A stretch of DNA of 64,000 nt from the human T2T-CHM13v2.0 reference genome, Homo sapiens. The position numbers and the translations under genes were made by a program. Positions within the stretch are counted from its first letter, which is position 1, and each line of letters opens with the position of its first letter. This document shows positions 1-17,997 of the stretch, piece by piece. The notes under the pieces were generated by a model that made no database searches, was not told the DNA's origin, and saw only the letters and a list, made by a program, of their open reading frames with translations. The stretch lies in NCBI RefSeq assembly GCF_009914755.1, contig NC_060936.1. The stretch is one strand, 5' to 3'.

Positions 1-230
1 GCATTATAGCACAAGGAATGTTTCCAGGGTAATCCCCTCCATGCTGTCTTTGTTTTCTAATTAGGCTTTCTTACAGTAAGCTTATAATGTCTCCTACAGA
101 CTATGGGCACCAGATCACAGAGGCAGCCAGACCTGTGATGTAAGGAAACACAGAAAGTGGCCTTGGATCAAACATGAGCTTCAAAGATTGACGGTCCTCC
201 TCCATCCCTTATGAAACTACCATAACCTGA

Positions 231-569
<339 letters not shown>

Positions 570-584
570 TAAGAAGAAAACTGA

Positions 585-849
585 GGCCAGCATGGTGGTT
601 CATACCTGTAATCTCAGCATTTTGGGAGACTGAGGTGGGACAATTGCTTCAGGCCAGCTTGGGCACATAGCAAGACCTCGTCACCACTAAAAATTATAAA
701 AACATTAGCTGGGCGTGATCCCAGTTACTCAGGAGGCTGAAGCAGGAGGATCACTTGAGCCGAGAGGTTGGAGCTATAGTAAGCAGTGATTGCGCTACTG
801 CACTCCAACCTGGGTGACACAACAAGACCCTGTCTCAAAAAAAAAAAAA
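585..849 (+). mobile_element. AluJ
   Basis: Degenerate Alu dimer with A tail. Confidence 0.9.
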
Positions 850-1884
850 GAAAACTCTGAGACCTTGAACCCATTACTGCTAATAAACCCAATAACTTTT
901 CATTCTGCCTAACAAAAATAGACCCTCCTTTAAAAAGTGGTTGCCAAGGGCACTCCAAGGTCATCAGGCAAGTGAAATAAGAGACAGCTTGATAGAGAAG
1001 AAAGAGAACTTGGCTTTGGAGTTAGACCGTTTAGTTCCTCATTATGGCCATTTCTAACTACATAATGATGTTTAGTTACTTAAGTGCTCTGAAATGCAGT
1101 GGCCTCCATTACAAAATGGAGCCAACAAAAAAAAATAAGTATCTCCTGGTGTTGTATTTAATAAGATAATGGACTCAAAAGTGCCTGGCACAAAATAGGG
1201 GTGTAATAAACGTTAATTTCCTTTCCTGCCTCTACAAACCTGCCTGAGCCAATCAAGGAAGAGAAGGAAGGCGAGGAAGTAAAAATGGTTAAGAATTACA
1301 TTTTAAGTCCCATTTCCACTCAGCTGCTTTTCCTAGCTCAGCAGAGAACATGTCAGACTAAAGAAGATCAAATAATCTTTGGGGTGAGTTGCCCTGATAA
1401 AGAAATATGCTGAAACAGCCTGTATGTTCTCAAAGTAAGAAACCAAAAGGGGAAAGTTCAGGACCTGTAAATAGATCCTTTTCATGCCCAAGTTCTGCAG
1501 ATTTTACAACTTGCTGGGATATTTCCCAGGGAAATCAGAGAGAGGGGATAGTAAGAGGTGGCAGGGGGTTGGCGGGGAGGATTTCTATATTCCCATCACA
1601 GATCATTTAACTCTATTTGCAGCTCAGGAACCCCAGAGCACAGGAGACAGACCACTGAAAATTTCGTGCTTATTTTACCTCTTCACTGTCATTACTTTAA
1701 ACATGTGTCTTAGCAGGAGTATTATTAGTTCATGACACAGTAGACATGGATAAGCATTTTTATGGAATTTTAGGGTGGGGAGAGAATAGATATATACCAC
1801 TCTAACCCAAAGTCATCCTGTGGTCGCTACTTAATACAAGTGAATTACATAGTGCCACCGGCAGAAGATGGAATTGATACTGCT

Positions 1885-2135
1885 TTACAAAATAACAACC
1901 TTGCATACATAGGTGGTAAGAAAAGCAAGGAAATGACTACCACAAAAATCAGGGTAGTGGATACCTCAAGACAGGAGAAGGGAGGTACGTCTAGAAGGTA
2001 AACAAAGGAGGGACGTCTGGGCTGGCCATGTTCCATTTCTTGATGGAGGGTATTCACTTTGTAATTATTCATTGTACTATACACTTATGCCTTCTGTTTG
2101 CATATTCTATTTCATAATTTTTAAAGGTTTAAAAA
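1885..2135 (+). mobile_element. L1ME-like 3' fragment
   Basis: AAGCAAGGAAATGA...CAGGGTAGTGG...ATTCACTTTGTAATTATTC. Confidence 0.5.
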
Positions 2136-2282
2136 AAAGAAAATAATAACCTCTCTTCATTGAGAAAATAATACTTTGCTGTAGGTTTCAGCCCTAGGTA
2201 TTGCAACATTACCATCATCCTCAGTTGATGTTCTTGTTCCTCCCATAGATTTTTATTCTGGAAGAAGAAGAGGAGGGTAGTA

Positions 2283-2580
2283 TTTTTTTTTTTTTTTTTA
2301 AGACAGAGTCTCACTCTGTCACCCAGGCTGGAGGCCAGTGGCACGATGTCGACTCACTGCAATCTCTGCCTCCTGGATTCAAGAGATTCTCTGCCTCAGC
2401 CTCCCGAATAGCTGGGATTACAAGTGCCCGCCACCACGCCTGGCTAATTTTTGTATTTCTAGTAGAGATGGGGTTTCACCACTCTGGCCACGCTAGTCTT
2501 GAACTCCTAACCTCAAGTGATCTGCCCACCTCGGCTTCACAAAGTGCTGGGATTACAGGCATGAGCCGCTGTGCCTGGCT
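2283..2580 (-). mobile_element. AluS
   Basis: Full dimer; TSD AGGAGGGT(A/G)G. Confidence 0.92.
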
Positions 2581-2697
2581 AGGAGGGTGGATTTTTGAAG
2601 AGCCACAGGTAGACTGCTGTTAATACTCCTGTATAGATAACATACCAGGGAATGTTTTAATACAGGAATATGCTTGAGATATATACACACAAACATA

Positions 2698-2699
<2 letters not shown>

Positions 2700-2737
<38 letters not shown>

Positions 2738-2878
2738 AATTTTTTTTTTTTTTTTTTTAGAGAGAGACAGGGTCTTACTATGTTGCCCAGGCTGGTCTCA
2801 AACTCCTGGCCTCAAGCAATCCTCCCGCCTGGCCTCCCAAAACGCTGGGATTATAGGTGTGAGCTACTGCATCCAGGC
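2700..2878 (-). mobile_element. (CA)n microsatellite (2700-2735) followed by a FLAM/Alu monomer
   Basis: Pure CA run, T tract and Alu left arm. Confidence 0.88.
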
Positions 2879-4699
2879 TTTTGGGGTATATTTCAAAGAG
2901 TCCAATTACTCTTGAGTCAGAACTCAGTGAAGCTCTACAAGATACCAAAATGTTCTCCAAGGGGTACGCAGCATTCGCAAATCAGAGTCATCAGATGCAA
3001 AGAAAGGGAATACAAATGGGCTTATGAAATCATTGGAAAAAATACACAATTTTTCAGGAAATATTAAGAACTCAGTTCCTCCTCCAATTCAGGGCATAGC
3101 AGAGCCTCAGGGCCTCTATGTGAAGAAAATCCCTCCTGTGTTTGGCATCTGAGTGACTCACCCAGAAAACCATCCACTGCGTGCAGCAAAGAGGAAATGA
3201 ATCATGGAAGCTTCTGACCTTTGCACTTGTCATCTCTGCACAGGGAAACCACCCACAGACAGTCTCAGCAGAACTGGAGTCAGGGCAGTCAAACAAAGCA
3301 CACACAGAAATGATGCAAATTCACTGGCAGGGAAGAGCAAGAGAATCAGGGCAAGAGAACGCAGCTCAGGGGTTGCAAATACAGGATAAACATTGGTTTT
3401 GTGATACAGAAAACTTAGCAGTTGAAACGGCATTGAGGATGATTTGGCAGTGCCCACTGACCTGTTGTTTTAAGCAGGAATCTGAACCCTTACCCTGCTG
3501 GCTGGGGGTGGGAGTGGAGTGGAATGGCATGGAAGAAAACAATGACCTTTGAATCTCCATCTTATATTTGGTATTTGGAGAATTTGCTTGGCTTGCGTTA
3601 GAGGAAGTAGGCCAAACTAATGCCAGTATGAGAGTTGGAATGGATTTGATAGAGTCACATTTAAGAAGATGAAAGCCAACGACTGCATTTTGAAAAGGCC
3701 ATGAGTTCACAATAACTGGTCCAGGAGTACTAACACAATCTGAAGAATTATCTACAGCCATAGTCCAATACTTCACGTTGTGATTTGTTTTAAACAAAAT
3801 CAGAATGCCTTTAAAATGCTAATTTGGAAGATAACTATAGTTCATCCTAAAACATGTACAGAGTAGAAAGCAAACACCTAGCGAGGACAGAAGGGCAAAC
3901 CTCAAACTGCCTACATTACTGAATACAAGTGCATCAGGACTGTACGCTGAGATGCGATTGCTCTCAGCTTGTCTGCTCACCCATCAATGATGAGGGGGAT
4001 AAGTGACTACCTACTGAGTTGCAGAGTTCAAAGGCATTTCCCTTCACCCCAAGGTGAGTTTTAAATGCAATTTCCCTTCTCACATGGGTCTACAAAGTAC
4101 AGCTTCCTAAATACCTTTTTTAAAAAGAATATACCATCCCTCAAAAAACATCACCCAGGCCTTTGCCCTCAGGATAAACTTGGCAAGGAAACCTTGTCCT
4201 TACTAGTTAGAAGACTGGGAATTAGGCACTCGTATGCCACACAGTTTAATACGGAGCTCTCTCCTGTGCTTGATAACTCAGGCTGATAGAAGACATTGGA
4301 TATTGGATGGTGTTCTGGTCACAGCTCAAGAAGGAAGATTTGGGGCTGATCTTAGAAACTTCCCTGTCCCTTCCATCCCACTTCTCACTCTGGCTACCTT
4401 CATCTTCTCTCTTCTTACCCACTTCAACATCACTTTACTTTAGAGAAAGGAGATTAGTCATTTCCAAGTAGAGAGGCAGCATTTATTGCCCTGCACCCTG
4501 TAGTTGCCCTTAGCATTTACCAACGGAAATGGAAGTGATTCAGTCTTCTCTCACATCACAGAACTATAGTGTGATCCTTTGCACACCGTTAAGTGATTTA
4601 CATACAAGTGGTACCAGGGAGTGCTAGTATTCTCTTTCCACTCCCTTATGAAGTTCCATCCCCACTTCTATCAGTATATGCAACTAATGAACTAGTATA

Positions 4700-4975
4700 T
4701 TTCTGCAATAATAATAATTTTTAAAACAGCTATCATAAATTTGATATTTACCATATGCCAGGTACACTGCTAATTTTTTTTTACAAACATTAATCCTTTT
4801 AATCTTCATAGTAACCATATTAGATTGGTGCTATTTTCATCCCCACTTCAGATGGGAAATGATGAGTTTAGGGGATTGTGTAACTTGCCCAAAATCAAGC
4901 CAAAAGGTAAAGGAGCCAGGATTTAAGCCCAGAGCTGTTCACCTCCAGAATCTGAGCTCTCAGCCACCACACTAT
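4700..4975 (-). mobile_element. MIR (representative; further MIR remnants near 1000-1220, 6200-6390, 29720-29880, 30930-31340, 33290-33720, 35230-35450, 39270-39470, 40880-41260, 44940-45130, 49620-49850)
   Basis: MIR core phrases: CCCCACTTCAGATGGGAAA...TAACTTGCCCAA...GAGCCAGGATTTAAGCCCAG. Confidence 0.6.
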
Positions 4976-5832
4976 AGGCCCTAGGAGGCTGAGGGCAGGA
5001 AAAGAAGCAACTGAATTCTATTTGTTGCTACAGTGATTCTGGTCACCTTTTCTTTATGTAATCATAGCAGGCAGTAGACGGGAAACATAATGAAGTCTTA
5101 TTTCCAAGAGGACATCTCAGCTGTCATCTATGAATTTTCGATATTTCTTTCTTATGTATAAGAAATGAGAAAGGAAGAAAGACAGCAGCAGAAGCCCTAG
5201 AAGTTTGTAGCCTTATTTCCCTATTCCTGGATAATGGGGAATTTGACCTTTCTGAAAAGATGGTCTTTCAAGCTTGACCAATAAAAGCCCCATCAGAAAC
5301 ACCTCATCAAGCACACATAGAAAGGGGCCAATTGGGTTCAACTTCTCATTGGGAATTCATCGTCTGACCTTCTGTTGGGAACAACATTTACGATAAGATA
5401 AATCACACTCTCATCTTCTCCCACCATTTTGAACCGGAACTAACCTATCAACAATTTAGTGAGCATCTGTCATGTGCATTGAGACTATCACGATTACTTT
5501 GTAGCAATCACAGAAAAATTAGACAGTCTGTCTTTAATTAGTGCATGTTCCCCATAGCTTGGCATTTAGTAGCTAGTTTATTGCAGATGTACAGTACAAT
5601 TGGTTTCTGGTTCAGGACCTCATTATGTTCAAGACAATACATACATATATATACATATTTATTTTTTAAATCAGCAGCTTAGAGATTCGAGATTTCTTTA
5701 CGTTAATCAAAGTTCTGACTCTGGGAATAGAAAAAGACAACCCAACTTTTAGATTTCAAATGAATGTCATGGTTGTTAGAAATTTTCTAGGAAAACTAAA
5801 ATCTTTAGGAAAAGAGAAATGAATTGTATTGA

Positions 5833-6149
<317 letters not shown>

Positions 6150-7638
6150 TCGCTGATTTAGTTTTAAACCCCATAGTGTAACAGGAAGAACTATCTTCAA
6201 GGATTCAGGTTTTGAAACTAGATCTAGTTCATATCCTGGTTCCTACACTTACTAGCTAGCTATAAGTTGAGCAAGTTATTTAAGCCCTCTAAGCATCCAT
6301 CTCCATCTATAAAATGGGTTGTATGAACCGAATGAATCTTCTGTCTAAAGCACTATCACAGTGCCTGGCATAGAGTAAGAGTTCCATACACGCAGCTTAC
6401 AAACAAAAAAAAAAGAGGGAAGGAAGGAAGGGAGGGAGGGAGGGAGGGAAAAATCCTCATTGTATTCTTCCAGTTACCAATTTGCAAACTACAGATGCCA
6501 AAGACAGGCTGGCCTACATGAGATAAGACCTGGCAGCACAATAAAGACTCGCCACAAAAATACTGGCTACAAAGCGGATTTTGCTATAAGGAAGGTCTAT
6601 TTAGGGCCCAACCAAGGGAGCTTAGTGATTACTAAGGCACTCCTTTCCAAGGAAGTGTACCCATATCACATTCCCCATGGAAAACCTGTTGAGACACCAG
6701 TGGAAAAAGATTGAGAACCCGCCCTTAACTGAGCATTAGGTGGGAATTTGCCAAGATAATCAACGATAATTGGCATAAAAGAAAAAGGCTTTTGAAATCA
6801 GACCCAGCTAATTGGCAGAAAGAGAGGGTCAGACAAAGGGAGCACAAGAACCATGTGAACTGTAGTCTGAGTTCGAGTTAACCCAGAGTCATTAAAAAAC
6901 ATAAACCAAGTAGCTCTCCCACATCCCAATCTCTGCATTAAATAACTTCTTTCCAAAGTAAAGCTAGCGGGAAACTTGCAGGTGGAGTTTGATCATCTCG
7001 AAACAAAATATTAAACATAATTGTTATATATCCTATCCCAGCTGTTAATCATGAACTTGGCATAGAGACTGTCAGCAAAACTTCCCCAAATTAAGTTTCA
7101 TTATTAGGTATGTATAACTGATTTCTGAATGAAACTGAGAAACTCACAAGTAATATAATGAAGGCTTAAAGAAATTCTCCATTCTGAGCCTTATGGAGTA
7201 GAGGAGGATAGAAGATAAATACAAAACCTCAGTATATAACAAGCCGTAAAAAATAAAACGGGGGAGGGGGAGGGGGAGGGGGAGAATAAATGGCAAAAAA
7301 AAGCCTAAGAGAAAAATTGCCAAGTTCTCACAGAATCTACAGAGAATGAGAGAAGAGAACATAGAAGCTGACAGGAAGAGTCAAGAAGAAAACCGTGGGA
7401 AAATGCGAAAGCGCCTTGAGGAGGAGCCAAATTTTAGTGGGTGGGAGAGATGAAATGATAACATCCGCAGGGACAGCCGAGAGGAAAGAGTCAGGAGTCG
7501 CCTTGGAGAAAAGAAAGGCTCCTGGAGATGTGGGAGGAGGCTGTGCTTAGTAGGAGCAGGTTCCTAGACATCACGGAGATGAACATGACTGTGGTTGTGG
7601 ACAAGAGCAACAACACATATCATATAAAGGGCTTTATT

Positions 7639-7779
7639 GGCCAGGTGCGGTGGCTCATGCCTGTAATCCCAGCACTTTAGGAGATGAGACAGACGGATTG
7701 CTTGAGCCCAGGAATTTGAGACTAGCCTGAGCAACATAATGAGACCCCATCTATATTAAATAAAATAAAAATTAAAAAG
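7639..7779 (+). mobile_element. FLAM/Alu monomer
   Basis: Left arm plus A-rich tail. Confidence 0.85.
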
Positions 7780-7857
7780 AGTTTTTCCACTCCTCCAAGA
7801 AAAGATTTTATTTTTTTCCTCCTGAGGTAATTTGTACGAGAGTAATGCCTATATATG

Positions 7858-8173
7858 TTTTTCTTTTTCTTTGCTTTTATTTTTTGCTTTGTTTTGAGAC
7901 AAGGTTTCACTCTGCTGGAGTGCAGTGGCACGAGCACCGCTCACTGAAACCTCTGCCTCCCAGGCTCAAGCGATCCTCCCAATTCAGCAAAGGTGAAGGT
8001 GACAGAATCCTTGGCCACAGGTGCCTACCACCATATCTGGCTAATTTTTTTTTATTTTTGTAGAGACCAGGTCTCCCTGTGTTGCCCAGGCTGGTTCCAA
8101 ACTCCTGGACTCAAGGATCCTCCTACTTTACCTCCCAAAGTGCTGAGATTACAGATGTGAGCCATGCCCAGCC
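7858..8173 (-). mobile_element. AluJ
   Basis: Degenerate dimer with a short non-Alu patch at ~7988-8012. Confidence 0.85.
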
Positions 8174-9159
8174 ATATATATTTCCTTACAGCTCCTCTGT
8201 TATGAGGGGAAGTGGCGAGAATGGGTTAACCTGGGCACACTACAAAAGGCTGTGGGAGGATAACTGGGAGGTGGTGGCATTAAGTGACTCCACCACGCCT
8301 TGGCAGCTGGAAGCATGGAGACGTGACCTTCAGCTCAGCTCTTCTACATGCCATCGGAGAGCTCTGACAGCCTGTCTTCCCTGGGATTTGAGAGATCACC
8401 AAGCATTGGCAGCTTCCCCTAGTTATCAGTTCCCAAAGACTGTCACAGTCCTCAATCAAGTCCCCCATAGCAGGGTGAAGAACATCTTTTTCTTCCAAAT
8501 ATTCCTCTTTCTCACCCATTCCTCACCCTTACTTTCATTTTCCTTTTCCACTTGAGTGAAACGATGCAATTCCAGATTTTGCTATTGGAAAAGACATATG
8601 GAATGCCAATTTGTTTCCACTTGGACATGATGTCAGATAGACATCTAACACTTAACACCTCACATATGAACTTATGATCTTTCCCTATCCCCACCCCTCA
8701 AAAAAACCTTGCTGCACTTAAAGTTTCCCCCTTTCACTTAATGCCAACTTCATCCCTCCTTTGACTCTTCTATTTTGCTTATGCCCCATGTCCAGTCCAT
8801 CCACAAATGCTATTGGCTTACCGTCAGAATACACCAGGCCTCCGGCACTCCTCACTAGCTCCATCGCCTCTCACCTGGACTTTTGCAGTCACCTCCCAGC
8901 TGGTCTCCCTGTTTCTGCTCCTGTTCTCTGACACACAGCAAAGCCAGCCACCTGGTCCTCTTAAACTTCAAGAGCAGTCATAGCACTTCTCTGCTCTGAA
9001 ACTCTCCTGCGATGTCCAGTCTCAGTAGGAGTAAAAGCTAAAGGCCTCACAGTGCCCTAAAGGACCCTCCCCATTCATTCTGGTGCCCAGGAGCTCTCCC
9101 TCTTCCTCACTTCCACTCCAGCCACTGGAGTCCTTTCACACTTTCAAACCTGCTAGGCA

Positions 9160-10014
<855 letters not shown>

Positions 10015-11235
10015 AGCTCCGGTTTCCCGCTGACCTCAGGCCCTTTGTACTGCTTGTTCCTGCTCTCTGAAACACCCTTCCTCTGATACTTGTGTGGTTT
10101 GCTCTCTTACCTACTTCAGTCCTTTGCTGAAATGTCACCTTCTGGGTGAGGCTGGCTGTAGTCACATGAACAATTATAATCTTGTGCTTCCTATCCCCTT
10201 TCTCTGCTTTATTTTTCACTCATAATTTACTAACATATTGTTGGTCTCCACCAACCACAGGTTAACTCGTGGAGAACAGGATTGGTTTTGTTGTTCTACT
10301 TTGCTCACTGCTGTATCCCCAGCACCCAGAGCAATACTGACACCTGGAAGGTGTCAATGAGTGTTTGTTGAATGAACGAATGAGCGAATGAACATCACAA
10401 AGCTCTTAATAATATGTGGCCAACAACAAATTGCTACTGATTCAAAGATTTTTATACTCTACTCGCCATCCATTTTGTGACAACCAAATAATCCCAACCC
10501 CTCCCAAAAGAGCAACCCCAGAATAAATCACCTTTCTTGGCTACCCACAAAAGAGATTTTCTCATTTGATATTGATTTTAAACAAAACCACCAACTTCAC
10601 AAAATGCATATAATGAATTGGCTTACTTTACTTAGTGCTTTATAGTTTACAAAATATTTTTACCACATGAACCCCTGTCAAAGGCCTTAGATGCAACAGA
10701 ACTAGATTCAAGAGGAACAGTTTCACAATGGAAAAATCTGGATTCCATGATAACAACTGCATTTGCAAAAACGGTAATACCTAACCCAGAATAATTCAGT
10801 ACAATGCCTACTATACTCACCCTGCCGAAAATGTCCTCTAGAATCCAGCTGAAATTGCTGATGTAATAACTTGTGAAAACATATTGGCAGAATATACTTC
10901 GATTCTGTATGTGTATATGTGTGTTTATTGTGTGTGTGGCTTTAAAAGACAAACAGCCTAGCTCACATATCCTGAATAAAATGAGCTCAAGTAATTATTG
11001 AACTTGTGTCAGTTTTATAATCATCAAAGTCTCTTCGGTGTTTATATTAGAGCGTGAGAAAAGTATACATTGTTATGTGTTTCAGAGTGAACCAATGTAC
11101 TGCCCCTCTAATTTTCCATCAGAGGGAGGAAAAAAGTCGTCTAGAAACTTAACTCTTGTGCATACTGCAAGCCGGGTTCCTTGAGTGCTTCTGGGAAAAA
11201 CTGGTGGACACAGGTGTTCCTTAGACTGTTAATGC

Positions 11236-11412
11236 AGAAGTGGTTCTCAGCCTCAGCAACTCACTGCAATCACCTGGGGGTGGTTAACAATTACTGATCC
11301 CTAGCCCTATCCCAGCGTTTCTAACATAATTGACTGGCATGCACCCTGGACCCTGGAAGTTTTCAAACCTCGTCACCTGAGTCTAAGAAACAGCTGAGGT
11401 TGAGATTACTGT
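11236..11412. mobile_element. MER5A-like hAT-Charlie element
   Basis: AGTGGTTCTCA...AATCACCTGGGG...TTGAGATTACTG ends. Confidence 0.6.
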
Positions 11413-12146
11413 TTTAAAATCTTCAAAAAAATGCACAGCGAAATAAATAAATCTTTTTTAGTTTCCTACAATAAGCCACGTTTCCAGGTCTTAAAACTCC
11501 TCTCCAGAATACAGCACAGCAGATGAGTTTGAAAGGAAAAGAAAAAAACTCTCAGATTTTATTGAAAAAATCGATGTGTACTGTTTGAGGTTGGGGGAAA
11601 ATTCAGGCTTTAATATAAACAAAGGCAGTCTCAGTACAGCAGCCCTGGGAAACTCCCCAATTTAACTTAGCCTTTCAACGATTCTCATCTGCCATAACTG
11701 TGGCAGCAGGAATAATAACTGACAATGTACTCTTTATTCACACCAAACACGCCAGTGGACTTCAAAAGGAAATCAACATTTACAGTTTAATTACTGTTTA
11801 TTCCCTGTATTCAAATCAGCTTTCTTTGGCTACCCCCTTCTAAATGCTCAGAAGGGGATTTAATCATCTGATCTAATTTTTCCAAAGAATAGAAAGTTAT
11901 CATTACGACAGCACGCTGAAAAAATAATTAAACAAATGCAAAAGAAAGTGTAAAAAATATAACTGCATTGGGTATTTCTGAAGACCTCTGTAAGATAAAG
12001 CAGTTCGTTTTTAAGGCAATAATTTAGGGGTTAAAAAGACTGATTCCTACTTTTAACGGAGTTTAGACTTCTGTCTGTGCTGGCAGAATGAAGTGCATTA
12101 GTGAAAAATGTTATTGTGCTTAAAGTCAATGTGGCACCACCTACAT

Positions 12147-12468
12147 CAGTGCTGCCTAATAGAAAATTAGGCCAGCTGCTTATATAATTTAAATTTTCTA
12201 CTAGACACATTAAATTATAAACAGAAACAGGTGAAATTAATTTTAGTTATTTAGTTTTAACCCAATATACCCAAAACATCATTTAAATATGAAATCAATA
12301 TTAAAAATCATTTATAAGTTATTCTACATTCCTTTTTCTTTTTTGTACTAAGTTTTTGAAATCTGGTATGTACTTTATACTCATAGAGCATCTCAGTGCA
12401 GATTTAGTGTCATTTCAATTGCTTATTAGCCACAAATGGGTGGTAGCTACCATATTGGATAGTAGGGG
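12147..12468. mobile_element. MER33-like hAT-Charlie element
   Basis: CAGTGCTGCCTAATAGAAA...AACAGGTGAAATTAATTTT...GCTACCATATTGGATAG resembles the MER33 consensus. Confidence 0.75.
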
Positions 12469-12660
12469 TCTACACAGCAACAATAGTCTGAGAAGTAAAG
12501 AAAATGTTTTCCCTTCTGGTTCTTTACTTTTTGGCAAAGCACTTTTAGCTGGGCTACACAGAAAGCTGGGCTTCCTACACTTTGACATTTTCTGTGGCTT
12601 TGCTGGAAATGGAAACTATAGTTTGGCCCTTTTCTGCACTACCAAAATTCATGTAGCTTT

Positions 12661-15177
<2,517 letters not shown>

Positions 15178-16085
15178 TGAAAATTAACGATAATTTTATC
15201 CAACATATAACCTATCCATGTAGAACCAGTGTCTTTGACATCTTCTTTCCCTTTGTTAATAATATTTGTTGATCACACTTGAATGGATCACTCTATCTTT
15301 AATAACTGCAGTATATGAAAAATGTTTGCTCCTACTTCACAGGCATTTGAAAGAAGCTTAAGACCTTTTCATGATCCCAGGCGGCACATTCACAATATTA
15401 TACAAGATCCTGACAATAGACTCAAGCCTCTTAAGCAATGCAAGGGACTACCATTGTAGACAATGTTTTTATAACACCAGAGACACTTGAGCCTATTCTT
15501 AACTTTCAATGACCTTTCCAACAGGACTTGTTCAAATTTAACCTAAGTCAACTTTCCATAGTATCTAGAAGAGATCCATGCAATCTTTATCTAGGCCTCT
15601 CTCCACACACTCTTTGAAGTTACATTATTTCTTAATCACTCTTCAGCCATTGGTAAATACACTGCCTTCTCCAAATCAAACAAAAAGTCTCCATGTTCTC
15701 CAGCTAGTGGATGATGTCAGAAGAAAAATTGAAGGAAACGTTTATATTTATGCCACAAGTCAATACATTGTGACCTTCACTTTAGCTTTCAAGAAAAGCA
15801 AATCAGATAACTAGAAATGGCGTAGTTTGTCACAAGAATGTATTTCAAGAACTCAGTTATCAGTTTTGTCATTTTCTAATATCACAGGAGTGTAGTCATT
15901 GTGTGCTCTGCAAATATAATTTGCCTTCTTTGCAGTTGCTTCATTTTTCCATGCACAGAGCTTTGCATTTGAAAGTATCTTTGCACGATGTAGCAGAACC
16001 CTGTTAAAAAAGATTAGAAATTCTAAAGGCTAAAGGACACATCTTTTCCTCTTCTCTGAAAAATGCAGACTCAACATTAGAGAAG

Positions 16086-16389
16086 GGCCAGATGCGGTGG
16101 CTCACTTCTGTAATCCCAGCACTTTGGGAGGTTGAGGCGGGTGGATCACCTGAGGTCAAGAGTTTGAGACCAGCCTGGTCAACATGGCAAAACCCCCATC
16201 TCTACTAAAAATACAAAAATTAGCCAGGTGTGGTGGCACACACCTGTAATCCCAGCTACTTGGGAGTCTGAGGCAGGAGAATTGCTTGAACCTTGGGGAC
16301 AGAGGTTGCAGTAAGCCAAGATTATGTCACTTCACTTCAGCCTGGGTGACAGAGCAAAACTCCTTCTCAAAAAAAAAAAAAAAAAAAAA
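16086..16389 (+). mobile_element. AluS
   Basis: Full dimer with poly-A tail. Confidence 0.92.
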
Positions 16390-16977
16390 TTAGAAAGGAT
16401 TTGTATTTTAACATATGCAGTGCACATAAAACCAGAATAAGAACCTACCATGGATTCCTAGTACATCGTGTACTAGGAACTCCCCCTGTAGTTTCACCTC
16501 ACACAATCCACGATTTTATCTCACTACTTGCTGTCATGTAACCTCCCCTTTGAATGGGATGGCTTTTTCACTGTCCCTTACCCCACCTCCCTCCCTCAAC
16601 TCCCTACCCTTCCCACCATATACTTATTCCTGCATGCATGCCTTTGCCCATTGTTTTCCACTCACCTAAAATACCCTCAACCCACAAGTAAATCCATAAA
16701 TATATTAAATATAGGTGAAGATGCTGCACTTTCTACCTTATCTCTTCTAGATTTAGGCTTGCAAGGCTAAATTCCCCAGGCTTCTTTATCCTGAATGATA
16801 GCAACCACTGCTTTACTTGGCACTGTAATCAAATTAGCTAGGATTCGCAAATGAATGCTTGATTGAATTGGAAGAAACACTTTTTCGTCTCAGTCATGCT
16901 TTATATTGAGCTCTTTATTCAAGGGAAAAAAATTAATTGCATAAGCATAGGTATCTTTTATGTGAAATGTCTGGGGA

Positions 16978-17905
16978 TTTTTATTGTGGTAAAATATATG
17001 TAATATCAAACTTACCATTTTAACCATGTCTAAGTGTCCCGTTCAGTGGCATTAAACACAATCAGCTTGTTGTGCAACCATCACCACCATCCATCTCTAG
17101 AACTTTGTCATCTTCCCAAACTGAAATTCTATACATTGAAAAGCAACTCCCCACTCTCCCCTGCCACCACGATTCGATTTCTGTCTCTAGGAATTTGACT
17201 ACTGTAGGAACCTCACATAAGTGGAATCATACAATATTTGTCCTTTTGTGTCTGGCTTATTTCACTTGGCATAATGTCTTCAAGGTTCATCCCTGTTGTA
17301 GCATATGTCAGAACTTCATTTCTTCTTAAGGCTACATAATATTCTATTGTATGTATATATCACATTGTCATCCATTCATCTGTTGATGGACATCTGGGTT
17401 GTTTCCACCTTTGAGCTATTGCAAATAATGCTGCTGTGAACATTGGCGTACAAATATCGATTCAAGTCCTTGCTTTCAATTCTTTTGTGTATATACCCAG
17501 AAATGGAATTGCTGGTTCATATGGTAATTTTTTTTTTTTTTTCGAGACAGTCTCACTCTGTCTCCCAGGCTGGAGCACAGTGGCATGATCTTGGCTCACT
17601 ACAACCTCCGCCTCCCGGGTTCGAACGATTCTCCTGCCTCAGCCTCCTGACTCACTGGGATTACAGGCACACTCCACCACACCCAGCTAATTTTTTGTAG
17701 TTTTAGTAGAGAAGGGGTTTTTACCATGTTGGCCAGGCTGGTTTCGAACTCCTGACCTCAGGTGATCCACCCGCCTCAGCCTCCCAAAGTGCTGGCATTA
17801 CAGGCATGACCCACCGCACCCAGCCTCATATGGTAATTCTATGTTTAATGTTTTGATGAACCATCATATGGTTTTTCACAGTGCTGCACTCTTACGTTCC
17901 TTCCA
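16978..17905 (-). mobile_element. Old L1MB-type 3' fragment interrupted by an Alu
   Basis: TTATTGTGGTAAAATATA...TAAGTGGAATCATACAATATTTGTCC...ATATACCCAGAAATGGAATTGCTGG. Confidence 0.8.
17530..17825 (-). mobile_element. AluS in L1MB
   Basis: TSD TCATATGGTAATT 17517-17529/17826-17838. Confidence 0.93.
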
Positions 17906-17997
17906 TCATGTGCATATAATTTTAAATTATAGCAAAAGATAAATATAAATGTAGATCCTCACTCATTGACACTTTGCTGTTTTTAATCACTGTTTAG

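Noticed and set aside
7148-7336. Possible third minus-strand exon (TCTCTCATTCTCTGTAG| ... CTT|GTGAGT)
   Set aside because: The acceptor arises in a generally purine-skewed, probably repeat-derived tract and the donor's exonic side is weak; not supported enough to link to exons A and B.
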